Counted from the first letter of the stretch, positions 12,514 to 28,200 are shown. The stretch is DNA of 64,000 nt from Antedon mediterranea (GCF_964355755.1 NC_092674.1:6014001-6078000), one strand, 5' to 3'. Numbers and translations: made by a program. Notes: generated by a model not told the origin, from the sequence alone.

Positions 12514-13337
12514 TTTTATACAGTTTCTTTTTTACAACTTAGGCCAGCTCTTTCTCGTCTTTTTCTTATCGAGAGGCAAACAAACGACGATAACACAAAA
12601 TTGATTGAAAATTGAATGAATTCGATCGAGTTAGATCAGAGCGCGCCACATGGTGGTGGCGGCTATGTTTTCAATCCCATCATGCAATACAACAAAACAA
12701 GTTTGGTCCACAAGTTTTCTATTTTTTTTACTCACACTTTTTGTTCTTTCCCCTTTTTAGTATAGGAAATAGAAAGAGCATTTTCTGTAATACAATTAAA
12801 TTGTGCATGTACAGAGTAACGGACGCTAACCTAAATAAATGCGGGTTTTTTTTAATTGACTAAATCTTTATGAATTTAATGCAGTATGCCTTGAAAAGTG
12901 TAACAATTTGTCATTTAATATCCTTGAATAAACTAAAAAATAGATTGGCATGGCGGCCTGTTTCTATATCAATAAAGTATCTAATAAAAAATCAATAATA
13001 AAACCCAGATCGATAATATATTAAAAATGAAAAAATAAACAATTAAATATTGAATGATAGGTGATTTACTACACTACACTAGTATGTAGTATCGTAGGCT
13101 ACGCGCAATAGTGTTATCAATTACTTAAGTACTTTTCAAAGAAACAAAAATAGGCCTAAATAAAACAAAAACTATTATATAATATTGTATTGAGCTTTGG
13201 TCCTATGGTCCCTGGATCGGATGGATGGATGGATGATGGGTACCAAAAATCTTAGATGGGTACTTTCTTCCCACAAATTATTGGTGGCGCACTCCAACAT
13301 CACAATTTTATTTTGTTTTGTGTACCGGCTGGACAAA
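12514..13337. promoter_or_regulatory. Bidirectional promoter region RanGAP1/SPCS3
   Basis: Divergent start codons about 0.8 kb apart. Confidence 0.7.
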
Positions 13338-16212
13338 ATGAACACTGTTTTATCCCGTTTAAATACGGTATTTGCCTTCACACTAAGTGTGATGGCTGCT
13401 CTTACTTTTGGTTGTTTTTTAACTACAGCATTTAATGACAATTTATCTTCTGTTCAAATAGAAACATTTAAACATTCTGTGTAAGTACACGTGTACATGC
13501 TAGGCCAGGCTAGCTAGGCTAACTAGAGACAAAGTCATGACATTAGCTTGTTTTTGTTGTGCCGGAGGTGGCATGCAGTCGGTGTGAATGTCGAGTCGAG
13601 GTCTGAGTATCAATGGGTGGCCTAGCAAAGTTTTGTATATTTGTGCAAATTGCACCCGTATGGTTATTTTTTTCTTTTATTTATGAGGTATATATAGACC
13701 TAACCTAATAAATGCCGGCGCTAGTTCCGTTTCGCACCTGTTTTTATTTCGACTTCCTTTTGACTCCAAATTGTTGTGAATACCACACCTTAAAATTGGG
13801 CCTCATAAGTACTTTTATGAAGAAGAATCACATAAAAAGTAACAAATAAATCCTTTAAATTGATGATTTTACAGACATGTTTCTCGCATACCGTTCGCGA
13901 ATCTAGCATACTCGAAGTTTCTATGGAGCACCAGAAGAGCAACAACAATAGATGGTTAAAAACTCAGTGGAATTCGTCTTCTTTTAATGCATTTATTATT
14001 GAAATACACGTTTAATTTTAATATATTTTGTCAATAAAAATGCTGTAACATTTTACTGCTAATAATTTGCTGTTTTCAAATAGCAACCAACCCTAAGAGC
14101 CTAAGAGTAAGACTAAGACTAAGAGGAATATTATTTAGATCAGGTATACCCCTACAGTACATGTAATATGATGATGAATTTGTCGATTTTCATTCCTAAA
14201 AGTTCCTGCAAAAACCATGTACAGTATGAACAGTAATATTTTTGTTGCATTGACATTGACAAAATATGATAAATGCATTAAATATACACAATTTACTGAG
14301 TTTTTAGCCCTTTATTATGATTGCTCTTTTGGCACTCCATATAAACAACAACATTGAACATGGAGTATGCGAAATTCACGAACCGATGTGTGAGAAACAC
14401 GTCTGTAAATTCATCAATTTAAAGGATTTTTTTTAACTTTTTGTGTGATCTTCTTCGTAAAATATTTTTGAGGCCTAATTCTAGGGTGTGGTACTCACGA
14501 TAAAGTCCAATTTTGAGTCGAAATAAATTACAGGTGCGAAACGGAACTAGCGCCTAAATGCCTACATATTTTGTTTTAACTAAAAAGAGTTTGAGCTATC
14601 AATCATTAAATACTAAATAAGATAAAGATACATAAAGGTTTTTTATATATTTTATTTATCATAAATATTTTATAAACATTATTGAATTTGTATTGTATAT
14701 ATAGGCCTAGGTAGGCCTTAATAAAATTTATTTTATTAAATAATGTCTATTTAGACTACTTTATAGGTCTATATTTATGAATTAAAATAGTTTGTATGGA
14801 TTTTTTATCAACAGAAAAAGTGGTTATACTCCATACAATGAAAGAAGTGAACGTGGAAATTTTGTTTTTGATCTACATGCAGATTTGAACCCAATATTCA
14901 ATTGGAACGTAAAACAACTGTTTTTGTATTTGACTGCAGAGTATAAAACTGAACAGAATGTAAGTTTTTGTTCCAATTAATTTCTTTCTTCCTACTATAT
15001 TTGTATATTTAAAATTCTTACTTAAACTTACAGAAAAGATGAATAACATTGACATTACTAATATAAATGCTATTTTAAGTTTGTTTTTTATTGAGCATTG
15101 TGAAAACAATGTTATTGAAATGTAATAAAATATATACTAATGTTTAACAATGTGTTATTTTTGTAGGCTTTAAATCAAGTTGTATTATGGGACAAAATAA
15201 TTCTGCGAGGCAATGCCGCATTGCTGGACTACAGGGGTATAAAAATGAAATATCCCTTTTTTGATGATGGTAATGGTTTAAAGTAAGTACAGTCAAATGT
15301 AATTCTTAAGCTCTGTCTACACTCTAAAACTATGTGAAAAAAGTGATTTGTCCATAATGGACATGATGATGTCATATTTGGGCATATCACTGCCATATTT
15401 GGGCACATCACACTTTTTTTGTCAAACTAGTTTGATAGTGTAGACAGAGCTTTGTAGACCTACAGTATGCAGTACTATTAGGGCACAATGTAATCTCAGA
15501 GGAGATGATCTTGTATGCAATTTGGCAGTGAAGCCACGAGATAGGATTATTACCTCCGCCAGAATGTGTGATTGTGTGGGTTTGTTCTATATTTGCGAGT
15601 TATCAGAATTAATGCCCAATTTTCAAAAGATTTTAAAGGATGATTTCACAGCTGTATTTTATTCATTTTCATATGCCTGAGTGCCCTTCTAGTTTTTATA
15701 TGTGATTTTATATTGTTTTTTTTTTATATAAAAGACTGCTACTATGATGCTGAAGGTTTTAAGATTACAGAGATTAGGAAAGGAAATGTATTTATTATGT
15801 CTTTATCTGTTACTATTTAAGAAAGGAAAATGTTTTATACTGCTGAAACTATTGTACAGACCTATAGAAGACAATTATAATCGATCAATATATATCAAAT
15901 ATAGTCTTCAGTTTCAGTTTTATTTCACACAACATAATACATTTGTACTAATAATAAAACAGTTGATTGTCTTAATGTCAGACAGAGGTCAAATGTTAGA
16001 CCTTTCATTTAATACACCTTCAACCTTGTCAATCATTTTTAAATATCTCGGTCATTGTGTAATTAACTAAGATTATCTTTTTTTTCAGGGGTCATGACAA
16101 CGTAACGCTTACGCTCTCTTGGAATGTTATCCCGAACGCTGGAATGTTACCACGAATATTTGGAGATGGATCTACCTCATTTTCGCTACCCGTACAATAT
16201 TCAAACCGTTAG
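13338..16212 (+). CDS. SPCS3: Signal peptidase complex subunit 3 (SPC22/23), 175 aa
   Basis: Exons 13338-13480, 14815-14959, 15167-15282, 16089-16212 (528 nt). [66 protein letters not shown]. Confidence 0.97.
13717..14554. mobile_element. Non-autonomous DNA transposon with long TIRs and 8-bp TSD (Merlin-like)
   Basis: Perfect 24-bp TIR GGCGCTAGTTCCGTTTCGCACCTG, extending imperfectly ~200 bp; TSD TAAATGCC at 13709-13716 and 14555-14562. Confidence 0.85.
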
Positions 16213-16538
16213 ATAAGACAGAAGGTGTTTATTTTGCAATTATTCTTCGGCTTATTTTTTCTGTTTTTGTAGTAATTATAGCTTTTTCTTTCTTTTTTTG
16301 TTGTGGCGAGGGGGAACTGAAATATGTGGCAAATGCTTAGCAAGAATGTGTTATTTGGTTCAAATCCTATTTCAAAAAACATTACACCATTTTGTTACTT
16401 TCTACAATGTATAAAAATCACTATAGTGCAACCTCTATTTTGGAACAGACCATCATGTACAGAACACCCTATGTGAAATGAACAAAGGACAATACAGACA
16501 ATACCCCTTAAACTGGGTTGTATTGTAAATGTTCATAA

Positions 16539-16717
16539 AGCTTGGTTCCCACTAGAACGTAACCCAAGGACTTAAACGCAACGCAAGTGTTTTAACCAAT
16601 GACAAGCGAAGTTATAGACAGTTTGCAATCACAAGCGAATAAGCCATCGCTTGTGATTGGTCAATTCACTTGCATTGCGTTACGTCCTTGTGTTGCGTCG
16701 CTAGTGGGAACCACGCT
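16539..16717. mobile_element. Harbinger-like MITE family C in the SPCS3 3' region
   Basis: AGCTTGGTTCCCACTAG...CTAGTGGGAACCACGCT with TAA TSD; relatives at ~20275-20370 and 23786-23948. Confidence 0.8.
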
Positions 16718-17046
16718 TAAGATGAAACCTCAACTTAACAACTTAAAGATGTATTGTCCCCCAAATAAAACATTAAAAAATAATGATGAATAAAATCAGA
16801 CTTTTGATAGGTCATTTTGCAGTTTTAATAAAGTTATTCACTTCTGTTTAAAAAAAAACCAAATTGAATAACATTAACATTTTTAGGGGACAATATATGT
16901 TTAACATTTCTAGAAAAATGTTATGAAATTCACACATTCTGGTGAAATACTCAATTTTAGGTGCTGATATCGTTGTAATTTATTATTAAAAATTATTATT
17001 TTGTAAATTCATGGACATATAATATGCAAATACTATAATAATAATA

Positions 17047-17339
17047 GTGAGCGAGTGGCTGAGCGGTTAAGACAGTGGAACCGTAATTACCTAGCCATAA
17101 CATTGGCAGGGGTTCGAGGCTCACTCACTCCATGGTTCTGGTGGTAGAACGAGTCTTCTCGGATAAGGACTATAAACCGTAGGTCCAGTGTACACATCTA
17201 GCTCGTGTGCACTTTAAAAGAACCTAGTACATCTTTCGAGACGAGTAGTGGGTGACCCCGGTGTATTAGTACATCACAGCCACTGATCACCAACTGGGCC
17301 CTCTGGGAGACCAGTCATTGACTGAAGAGGTTACCCAGC
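17047..17339 (+). mobile_element. tRNA-derived SINE with Deu-domain-like core
   Basis: A box tggctgagcgg, B box ggttcgagg, core tcggataaggactataaaccgtaggtcc...tttcgagacgagtagtgggtgaccccggtgt resembling the DeuSINE/AmnSINE core. Confidence 0.75.
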
Positions 17340-19839
17340 TTAAATATATATTTCAATCAATATATATTTCAATACAATTATTGCATCAAAATTTATTTTT
17401 TCTGTATATCTACCAGAAGTAAATAGTGCCCCCACGTATTACTATGGATACCTTAATGTATTTTGATGGAAGTAATGTCTAAAACATTCCTTCTACATCA
17501 TAACTGTTTAAAGCTCTGTCTACAATATCAAACTGTATGTGACCAAAAGAATGTGATGTGCCCATATATGGACATGATGTCATATCACTACCATATTTGG
17601 GCACATCACACTTTTTGATGGTGTAGACAGAGCTTTATTTTATATTGATACCTGTTTTGAATAGAATAAATGTTAAGGAAGTTTAAACAAGTGATTTGTA
17701 GCCACTTATTTACTATACAAATTAAATAAAGATATTGTCCATATTTTGCCTTTTCTTTGACCGTCACATAAATGTACAAACAACAAAAAGTGCGTAAATA
17801 GATCAAGGAATCACATCCCCACTTTCCCACATGCACACAATAAATTGACATGACTTGTTCCTAGGTACAGTAAACTCAAATCAAAAGCTCTTTTTTCATA
17901 TGCATCCAACAGTGAGCAACTCCGCAATTACAGGATGGATAAACTATTTAATAAGTTACAATCAGGCATTAGGCTTGAACCCTGACCTTGGGATTGGAAG
18001 GAAGGCACTTTAACCACCAAGCTATACCTGTCCACTACTATTATATATTGTTATGCAGCCAAAATTAAGCTAGAAATAAACATACGAATGAAACACAATT
18101 TTAAACTCTATATAGTACATATATTTGTACATATTTTTATTGAAAAGTCATGTAACCAACTCTGTCAGTGCTTTACTAGATTACCAGATTGGTTCACAGA
18201 AATAAAATACATTCAAAATCAACTATAGTATGTACACAATACATAGCTCGTTTGAATCAAGAATGTCAGTCAGTGGGGAGGGTGAAGCTCAGACAATATG
18301 AAGTTTTCAATTTGCGACTACCTAACCAGGTCAGGCCAATTGATATATGTCATCGGTTGGACCTAAAAACCATCACAACTGTACCGACATCCCCTGCATG
18401 CGAACAGTGAATAAACATTGACGTTATTTGGTCATTAGTCGTCGCAAAATGAATGCTTCCTAATATTAATGTAAACGAGTATAATAATATACTCGAATAC
18501 AATCCCACGCCCAAACGAGTATACACTATACTCAAATATAACTCCACACCCAAATTTATATTTGACATAAGTATCCAGCAGTAGTCCTAAGCTCTGTCCA
18601 CACTATAAAAAAAAAGTGTGATGTGCCTAAATATGGTAGTGATATGACATCATGCCCATATATGGGCACATCACATTTTTTTGTCGCATAAATTTTGATA
18701 GTCTATACAGAGCTTTACAAGTATAATTGAAAGTTAAAACTAAAAACATAACTTTATAGTATCATTACTCAATCGCATTGAATCAATCTTTATGGAATTC
18801 TACCTGCAAGTCAAATGAAAATTCAGGTTCACTAATAAGTTTGATATACAAAACAAACTCCAAAATCACAATAGCTTGTCTCACTTTTTTTCCGATATTG
18901 TTTTAAATACTTAAAATAGTTCCCTCCATTAAATGTACCCTTAACATGTTAAAATCATTGAGGGAATTTCCTATGTTTCTTTTTGTTGTGACTTCACTCT
19001 TAATTAAACTGTCCACTTTCCTATCCATAATAAGTATTATAATTCAAAATCTAATGATTCTATTTCATTTTGTCAACTTGGTTTGTGAAATTGTAAGTGA
19101 ATCTGTCTGTTCAACAAAAACAAACATGTTAACATATATTTCTACTTGATGTATGCATTAATTTCCTACTAAAGTTGTAAACAAATATTACTAAATATTT
19201 CAATTTATTAGTTAAATAAATATGAGTACCTTTCACCTTGTTATGATAATATGAGTTTCTAAACTAGAGAATAACTTCTCAAGGAGATATTAGTAAAGCA
19301 TCCAAAATAATTGGACTACATGAATCCAAGGATTTTATAACATATAATATAAATTATATATGATATTATTAATAGATTCTGTTCTAATTAGATCATTAGA
19401 GCCTCTATTAAAGGAACACCTGCATAACCAAATTAAAGTGTCTTATATGAAATTGTCCCCTTAATAGAGGTACATACATAACCCAATCAAAGTGTCATAC
19501 ATGAAATTGTCCCCTTAATAGAGGTGCCCAAAAGGAAGGTTTATACCATATCTGACAGCAAAATTAATTACAAAATTAACATCAGCCCATTAACCGTATT
19601 TTAACATTGGCCTATATCGTTTCTTGTAGTTTTATTGTCTTAATTATGCAAAGCAAAATGAATTTCCATTTTAAGTTCACCAATGAATCTTGACATCTAA
19701 CTTTGTGACATAGTTAAGTATTAGGATACATTTAGTAATAATTCAAACTAGAACACTAGACTGATAAACAACACATTTTAAATAAATTATCAAAAAAAGT
19801 AAAATAAATCATCTTCATAATCTCATTGTACAAAATTGT

Positions 19840-20035
19840 TGAAATTTCAATTAATTAAAAATCATATCAACTAAAAATCAATCAATTGAAAATCAATCGA
19901 AAATCAATCAATTGAAATAAATCAATTGAAAATTAATCAATCAAAAATCATATCATTTAAAAATCAATCAATCAAAAATCATATCAATTATAAATCAATC
20001 AATGGAAAATCAATTGAAAATTAATTAATTGAAAG
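19840..20035 (+). repeat. Degenerate aatc/aattga low-complexity repeat
   Basis: Repeated aaatcaatcaattgaa. Confidence 0.7.
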
Positions 20036-20430
20036 AAGAAATAACCAATCAGGTGTTTTATGTGCAAAAAAAAATGTTTTTGAAAAATTGAAGTTTGAAT
20101 GACACACAATGACATACTTTCGTTCACCAAGTGACACATTTGTTTAATGATGCATGTCATATTGCAATCATTGGGGACTTCATTTGCTCTTCTAGTTGTG
20201 ATTAATAATCAATTACATTAATTAGAAAAGTACACAAGGTGCATAATAATTATGTGTATTTGCAGAAATTCTAGAGCTTAATGCAAGGATGTAAGCACAA
20301 CAAGAGAGTTGACCAATGACAAGCGACAGTTTGAATAATCCATTGCTTGTAATTGGTTGGAACCAAGCTTAATAAAGCTGGACTGGCAACACCAATTTTT
20401 TACTGTAGCTGCTTACTGTACCTTGACTTA

Positions 20431-20542
20431 AGGGTCTTTCACACCTGTTCCAGCACGGTTTACGACGGCGGGAAATCAAATTTCACGTTGACATTGGATT
20501 TGCCGCCGCCGGACCCATGCCGGAACAGGTGTGAAAGACCCT
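20431..20542. mobile_element. Harbinger-like MITE family D
   Basis: TIR AGGGTCTTTCACACCTGTTCC; TTA TSD on both sides. Confidence 0.8.
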
Positions 20543-21867
20543 TTATTAAGCAGTGCTTTTTAAGTCAATTCTTTTTATCTGAAGGAATGGACATTACCAT
20601 ATAAGAAAATATGTAAAAATAAATGCTTAGGATATTTGAAAACTGACTTAAGATGAATTTTAATAAAATCTGACCCCTGTTCACAGACAACTAAGGTCAA
20701 ATATGAATTGTGTGCACATCAAATCATGATCAAATGTACTATCACAGGAGCTACCTATTATAAAGATAGTACAGTGTTAAATACCATCGACAAGATCACC
20801 AATATCGATGGTCTAAAATAATATACATCAAATCAAATGCAACGTTGTTATTGCTAAAACATTATTATGTCTTGCTGACAATGATAAAATAAATTTAAAT
20901 AATATATTCTATCAACATCAATTGAATAAATAAATAGTATCCCCTCACCAAATATCTATTTTAAAATGTAAGCGAAATCTACAATATCTCATTAAAGATA
21001 TACATTGTGACAAAATGGAAACAAATAATTATGTTCTCAAAAAAATTTACAAAATTAGAGAATTAAAATATAAATCATCTTAAAACTGAACATGGCGACT
21101 CAATTTACCATGTTTTGACCTTTGACACTATTTTGATCACTGATAAAATATTTTCATTGTGGTGTTGTTTGATCATGTGGTATGCAGCGTAATATAGCAA
21201 ATGGTATTTTCATATTTAAGTTCTGTAGTAGTAGAGTAATACATCACAAATCATGTTACACAGGGGTTTACCAAACATGTAGAATGTGGATGTCCTATTA
21301 GGGAAACTGCTCATGTCATACAAGTAATTTTCCCCCATCCCCAGCGGTGGATTTAGAGGGGAAGGGGCATCAGACGCACTTGAAAAAATTAGACATACAC
21401 AAACCAGTGACCGTATTCACCAATCAAACTTAAGTGACATATTTCCCTTAAATATTAGGTTTCCACTTCAACTCAATAAATATTTAAGTATTTCCCTTAA
21501 ATTGTATTCACTTAGATAAGGGTAAATGTTTCCCTTAGCCTAAGTGTGAATGGTAAATACAGCCACTGGCCCCAGGCTACTGTTCATGCCTTCAGCATAT
21601 GCGCCTCCCCTCCTACACAATGCTGGATCTGCCCCTGTACCAATGTTGCTCTGCAACTATTACTACAAGTGACCTGTGCAGAACATTTTGTACTGCAATT
21701 AAAAATGTTGAATAAAATAATACCAAAGTAAGTAAACCCAAATTTTGATACCGTAACTGTCGTCAGTTGCGAATTCTTGCCATGGCCAAACAAAAAATAT
21801 TCAGCGTTTCTCGTTTTCGTCTGTAGTTATTTCCTCTCCTATGCCACTGACAACGTTCATCTATCAA

Positions 21868-22054
21868 AGGCCAATGTACACAGACAAGCGGTAATGGTAA
21901 GTGGAAAACCGCGTACCTTGACCCACACAGTATCCGTATGTATACCGAGGGGGAAACCACCCGTCCGCTCTGCGTTGTGTGTAAATGGTCATAAGGAATA
22001 ACATAGATTCTATAATTTTTATTACCGTTACCGCTCGTCTGTGTATATTGGACT
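21868..22054. mobile_element. Harbinger-like MITE family E (in the inferred USP46 3' UTR)
   Basis: AGGCCAATGTACACAGAC / GTCTGTGTATATTGGACT; homologous copy in opposite orientation at 54029-54202. Confidence 0.7.
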
Positions 22055-22287
22055 TAACTCATTAACCTTAACCTTTATCTGCCATTCATTTCACGGTCTT
22101 CATATCTTCTTAATTTTCATTTTCCTCTTTCCTATTCTTCTTCCATCTTTTATTCATGTCATCCCTTACTTATTCCCTTCTTTTCTCCTTCTCCTCTTTG
22201 CATATAAGTCCAACAATCTTAATTCATTACACAAGGCATCTGATTTCATCTTTGTTTCGGAGTGTCTATATATTGCATAGTGTTGGG

Positions 22288-25200
22288 CTATAAGTCACGC
22301 GTTTGGTAAAATAAAATGTAGCCAGCGTCTGAATTCTTTTGTACGTCCGTCGTTAAACCGAAGAACTCCTCTATACTTGATACGTCAATTTTCTGTCAAA
22401 AGCAATAACAAAAATTATTTATATATTTTCTGTTGAATACAAGCTATGACCCTAAATTTCAATCAAAAATCCAGGAACTAACCACTGTGGTACATCTTAA
22501 AGCTCTGTCTACACTATCAAACTAGTTTGGTAGCGATATGACATCATCATGTCCATATAAGGGGAAGTCAGATTTTTTGTCACATAAAATTTGATAGTGT
22601 AGACAGAGCTTTTAGTTTTTTGGTGAAAAAGTGCAATTTTGTATATGGATATGCTACGGGTCAATATTGAAATTAAAATATTGTAAATATTTTTACATCA
22701 TCTGTTTCGCCCACGAACACTTTTCAAATAAATTGAATTTTAATGACAGTGTACAGTACAATCAAAACATAAGGAAATGTTACAATTACTTTCAAGGAAG
22801 TGTTTTTATGTGTTTGTAAATTTAACAATTACAATCAATAATGTATTAAATTTTGTACATAAATTACTGAAAGATATATAGCTACATGACATTTCAAATG
22901 AAAAAAAAAATATTGAATATATATTCACTGCTGACATACCATGAAAATTATTAGTTACATATTTTACTGATTGAGATTGATAGCCTACTATTAAGTGTTT
23001 CTTGAATGTATAAATAATATATTTAAAATTGTAAAACAAAATATCCATATTCTAGGAGCTTAAACTATGTTACACAATGTTATGATATAATAAACATCAA
23101 ATATGTATATAACTACAAAAATGTTCTGAAAAAATCAATGAAATAATTTAATTTATTTATGGAAATTTTACAATTTTGCAATATAAAAACATGGGAACTG
23201 ATTGGAATGCATGAAAGCATTTGTAAGTATGCTGAGAATGTTGTATTTGGTATACTGTAATGTCTGTATTAGTGCCAAATAATCAATGTTTATAAGTGTA
23301 ATGGTACAAATAATGGCAAGAGGTGAATGATGAAAGGTTATATTTCAATGTTCAATAGTGTGTACTATTGCACGCCATGTGACTAACAATCGTCCAATCA
23401 AATGACAGGAATTTCTTTAGGCGTTATATAATACAATCTATATTATACTTACTTCTACAATGTCATCATCAAAGAGTAACCAGAATCCATGACTTTTAAC
23501 AATTGTTATATAATGTCCTCTATTAGGTCCACTGCAAGATAACAAATAAGATTTAATAGTAACATTGTTTGAAAAGAAATACTGAAGCCCTACCTACACT
23601 ATCAAACTTTATGTGACAACAAAATGTGATGTACCCATATATGGACATGATGATGTACCAATATGGACATGATGATGTCATATCACTACCATATTTAAGC
23701 ATGTCACTACCATATTTGGGAACATTACACCTTTTTTTGTCATACTAGTTTGCTAAGCTAACGTATAGTTACTACTAGTTAATTAAGCATGGTTCCCCCT
23801 GAAGATGCAACGCATAGTTGACCAATCCACAATCGACAGTTCGGGTGATCCATCATGTCTAACACTTGTCATTGGTTAACTTGCTTGCATTGCGCTTACG
23901 TCATTGCGTCGTGTCCTAGATGCGTCGCGTCCTAGTGGAAACTAAGCTTTAAAAATACAGTAAAACCTCTCCATTGGTACACTCCTATTATCGGGAAACT
24001 TTAACCTGAAAAGAACCAGGGGCAATATATGTTTTAACGCTAATGGCCAACCCCTATTTTAAGGTTCCTACATTTACACAGAAACTTAAACGCAGAAGAA
24101 GCTAAAAAAGCAATGGAAATCCAATAGAGAAAGTACATTTATTAACAGTTAACAGTTTTATTTATTTATTTCCTTTATTGCATCAAGTAAGCAGTGATGA
24201 AGTTGACATAAATATAATAGTAAATATGTAAACACATAGTATAACACAGTCCAAACAAGTAATACTAAAATATATCATAGTCCACAAATCAGTCTTTCAA
24301 TGGCCATCATAGTAAAGTACATCCAGTAACACAAACCAATAGAGGTTCACAATTTGCTTATCATAACTCAGTTACTGATCATTCACCAATCATTGAAAAC
24401 TCCGTGGAAAGTAATGAAGTTTTTGGTGCGTTGTTTCCGGACTTTGGGGAGGGTGAACAATCTAACGCGTCGGAGCTGATGGTTGTGTGTGGGAGGTTTA
24501 GGTAAGAGAGAGTGTAATATATGATCTTCTTTTTTCATTTATCAAAGAATTTTCTTGACAACTTCTCGCGGCGTTCAGATAGAGTGATGATGTTAAGGTA
24601 TCTGCGGGTATCAGCATACGAGGTACCATCGGGGCATATTATGTTACACGCTCTTCTTTGGACATGTTCGATTTGGTCAGATTGTGCTTTGGATAAACTC
24701 GGGGACCAAACAGCACAGGCATATTCGAGAACTGGTCGTATCACTGCTTGATAGTATCGGAGCAGTTCCAGTCTATCTAGGCAAGACCTCTTGAGTTGCT
24801 TAAGAAAAAACAACCTTGGTACAACGCGCTTGGTTAAACAGCATTGTTGTAATATGCCTGTATTATATATGTATATTGAATTAATATATTTATGAATTTA
24901 ATATATTAAATGTTAGAAGCCTCTATGAATAAATATTATGCATATATCTACATAGTTTATGTGTGTACAGTTAATATATTAATAGTTAGAAGCCTCTAAT
25001 CTAAAGCTCTGTCTACACTATCAAACTTGTTAACAAAAAATGGTAGTGATATGGCCAAATATGGTAGTGATATGGCCAAATATTCAACTTTACTTTATTC
25101 ACATCATCATACATAAATAGTACAATACAATAAAATGTATGTGTGTGTGAAAAGGAGCTACAATATGGTAGTGATATGGCCAAATATGGTAGTGATATGG

Positions 25201-28200
25201 CCAAATATGGTAGTGATATGGCCAAATATGGTAGTGATATGGCCAAATATGGTAGTGATATGGCCAAATATGGTAGTGATATGGCCAAATATGGTAGTGA
25301 TATGACACGGGCACATCACATTTTGTTGTCACATAGTTTGATAGTGTAGACAGGGATTTAGAAGCCTCTTATTTAATAAATATATCTTATGATAGCAAAT
25401 GATTAACTTAATATCAGAACAATGAATAATCAATAAGTTGAATGTGAACATAATGACAATGTACAAGTGTTTAAGTGGACTTATTCAAGCAAATCCACTT
25501 ATGTTGCTACTTTGTTAAATTACCATATATCATCATAAGAAACACCTAATGAGATCCATGAATACTGTGTGTTGATTATGAGAACATCCAACTTAAACCA
25601 ATTGTGTAGGTAATTTATGCTATAAAGTTGAAGTTCTATCAGTGCATTAGTTATTAACTCCCACATGTTCCTATTTACAATCATTTTTTTTTTCATTTTT
25701 TTTTAAAAACCATATTTGGTTCCATCCAGCTAATGCTGATCATTAAGGACCCTCAGAGGTTCACAAGACAAACATATACACAAGATGCTCTACATAAACA
25801 AAGTCTTATTACAAGTCTTTGGGAGTGGAGTTGTAATTTGGTCCTTAGAAAAAAATTCTGACATGTGACGTCATAATGACGTCATATCACTACCATATTT
25901 GGGCATATCACACTTTTTTGTCCAACTACACTAGTTTGATAGTGTAGACAGAGCTTTAGCTCTTACTTATAATGTATTTGATTGCTTTGTTCAATTTTTA
26001 TTGAAATGAAATAAATGAAATGAATACAAAAAATGAATAAACGAAAAATACCTTCCACAGTGGATGACAACAGATACTAAATCATACAGCTTATGAGGGC
26101 AGTCTGCATCGTCTGACTACAAAATAAAAACAAAAATAATCAGTACAAAATTAAGCATGGATGAATAAATGAATGAATACAAAAATAGAATGGATGAATG
26201 CAAAATGATTTAATTGAATAAAGTATAACCTATCCTTTGGGACAATCTTATTCTAATAATGGAACATTTTCCTATAAAACTAAGAAGGAGCAATTACAGC
26301 CAACACCTTGGTTCATGAGAAACTCTATTAAGGGGACACTTTGATGGGTCCTGAAATTGTCCTTTAATAGAGGCTTAATACATTAAGATATAAATGCATG
26401 AAAGAAAAATGCTCAAATTAAATTAAAATGAAAGAATCATAATCAACCACCAAATAAATAATGTAGAGTGAATTTTTAAAAAGACAATGACTGATTAAAA
26501 CACTAGATAATAATAACACAACAAAACTAATTATCATAATGGTGTTACTTACTGTGTTCATCAGCCTAAGTTCGAGTGGAAACACGACTCTGTATGAGAG
26601 TTTCGTAAACCTATGCAACTGTTCCATATATTTAAACCTCTTCAAATGCAACGCTAAAATCTGGGGTAATTTCTTTATTTGCATTCTAGTGAAAATATAA
26701 ATCGTATAAATGTCCAATAAATTGATAAGCATCAATATATAAATTATGAAGACTAGTAATGAGTTTTTTGTCATCCAAAAACATGAAAAATTAAAATAAA
26801 TAAAATTAGATTTTGATAGGCCATTTTTTAGTTTTAATCAAGTATATGTTGAATTGAAAAATGTTGAATTGAATTACTTCTGTAGAAAAGCAGAATAAAC
26901 AATGTTTTCACTTATAAAATGGTTGAATTCGACCAAAATCAAATTATAAACAATTTTGAGGAAGATATTAAATAAACACAAAAAAATGTCATCAATTAAT
27001 GAAGAAGCTAGACCATGTTTTTAGTCGCGTGCAAACCCGACTCTATAGCTCACTATGTCTGTCTATCGGTCGGTAAACATTAACTCAAATTTGAGCACGC
27101 GAATGCAGCCATGTATATGGCCTTGTTATTAAATATTTATATTCCAGGATTTCCTTATGTTGTTGAGATGACAAATATCAAAGTGTAACGTTAATCCAGA
27201 AGGTAATTGCAAAACCAAGACATGATCTATTCTCATCAACTGCAAATTACACAGACTGATTCTATTTACGTCGGCGATAAATGGAATAACACACTTTGTA
27301 GTCACGGTAATTATTGTCGAGTAAATATTAACATTTGCAGTTTACAAACGCAGTCTCAGCAATGATTGTTGATAGATAGTTGATTAACAAAATTGAAACG
27401 CATCAGTATCTAGTTAACGATCACAAGACAGAGAGCGATTATCGATAGGCTCAAGATTAAGTGATATATCTATACTCATCAACTTATTTACACACACATG
27501 ACAAAAACAGTACTAACAGAATCATTATTATATGTGAAAAGGTCAGAATTGTTGGCAATAATTGCCTCGTCCTTCAGATAGGCTGTTAAGCTGTTGGTTC
27601 TGTGTACATTAATATAGACATACATTGTACACTATTTGAAAAAAGCAGAGATTCATATAATAGGCTCTGCACCGTTGCGGTTAACCCAACCTCTGACCTT
27701 AACTCCAGTAATATACAAATTTACAAACATATACATGTACAGTCAACTCTCCCAATACCGGAATCTCTTGACAACTAGAAACTCTCCTAAACCAGACTTC
27801 AAAAAGGTCCCAAATTCATCTTTACCATTAAAACATATTCCAAATACCAGACGTTCCAGAAAACCAGACATATTTTAGGCCAGTACAAAGGTTTCCGGTA
27901 TTGGGAGAGTTGACTATATTAGTACTACCTACTAGTTCTGTAGGCCTACTACTAGGTAGCCTTATATGAGATTAGGCTCAAGTTTTGTAGGTTACCTTTT
28001 TTGTGCTTCCTGCTTGCTACAACATGTCTCACAATAATATTTGTATTCACAACATAAAGTTTCTGTATTACTAAAAACCCTGTAAAAACAAACATAAATA
28101 GTTGTACCCATTAAATATTACACTGCTAGTCCTTGTCTTGTCCCAAATTCTCAGGAAGGCACCTTTCTACTTATCTAAAAATAGCACTTAGCCAAAACTT

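Noticed and set aside
17047-17130. tRNA gene
   Set aside because: A and B boxes are present, but the sequence continues into a SINE body and is multi-copy; no proper cloverleaf.
22060-22287. Purine-rich coding extension or readthrough after the USP46 stop
   Set aside because: The frames I translated hit stops within ~15-30 codons; consistent with 3' UTR.
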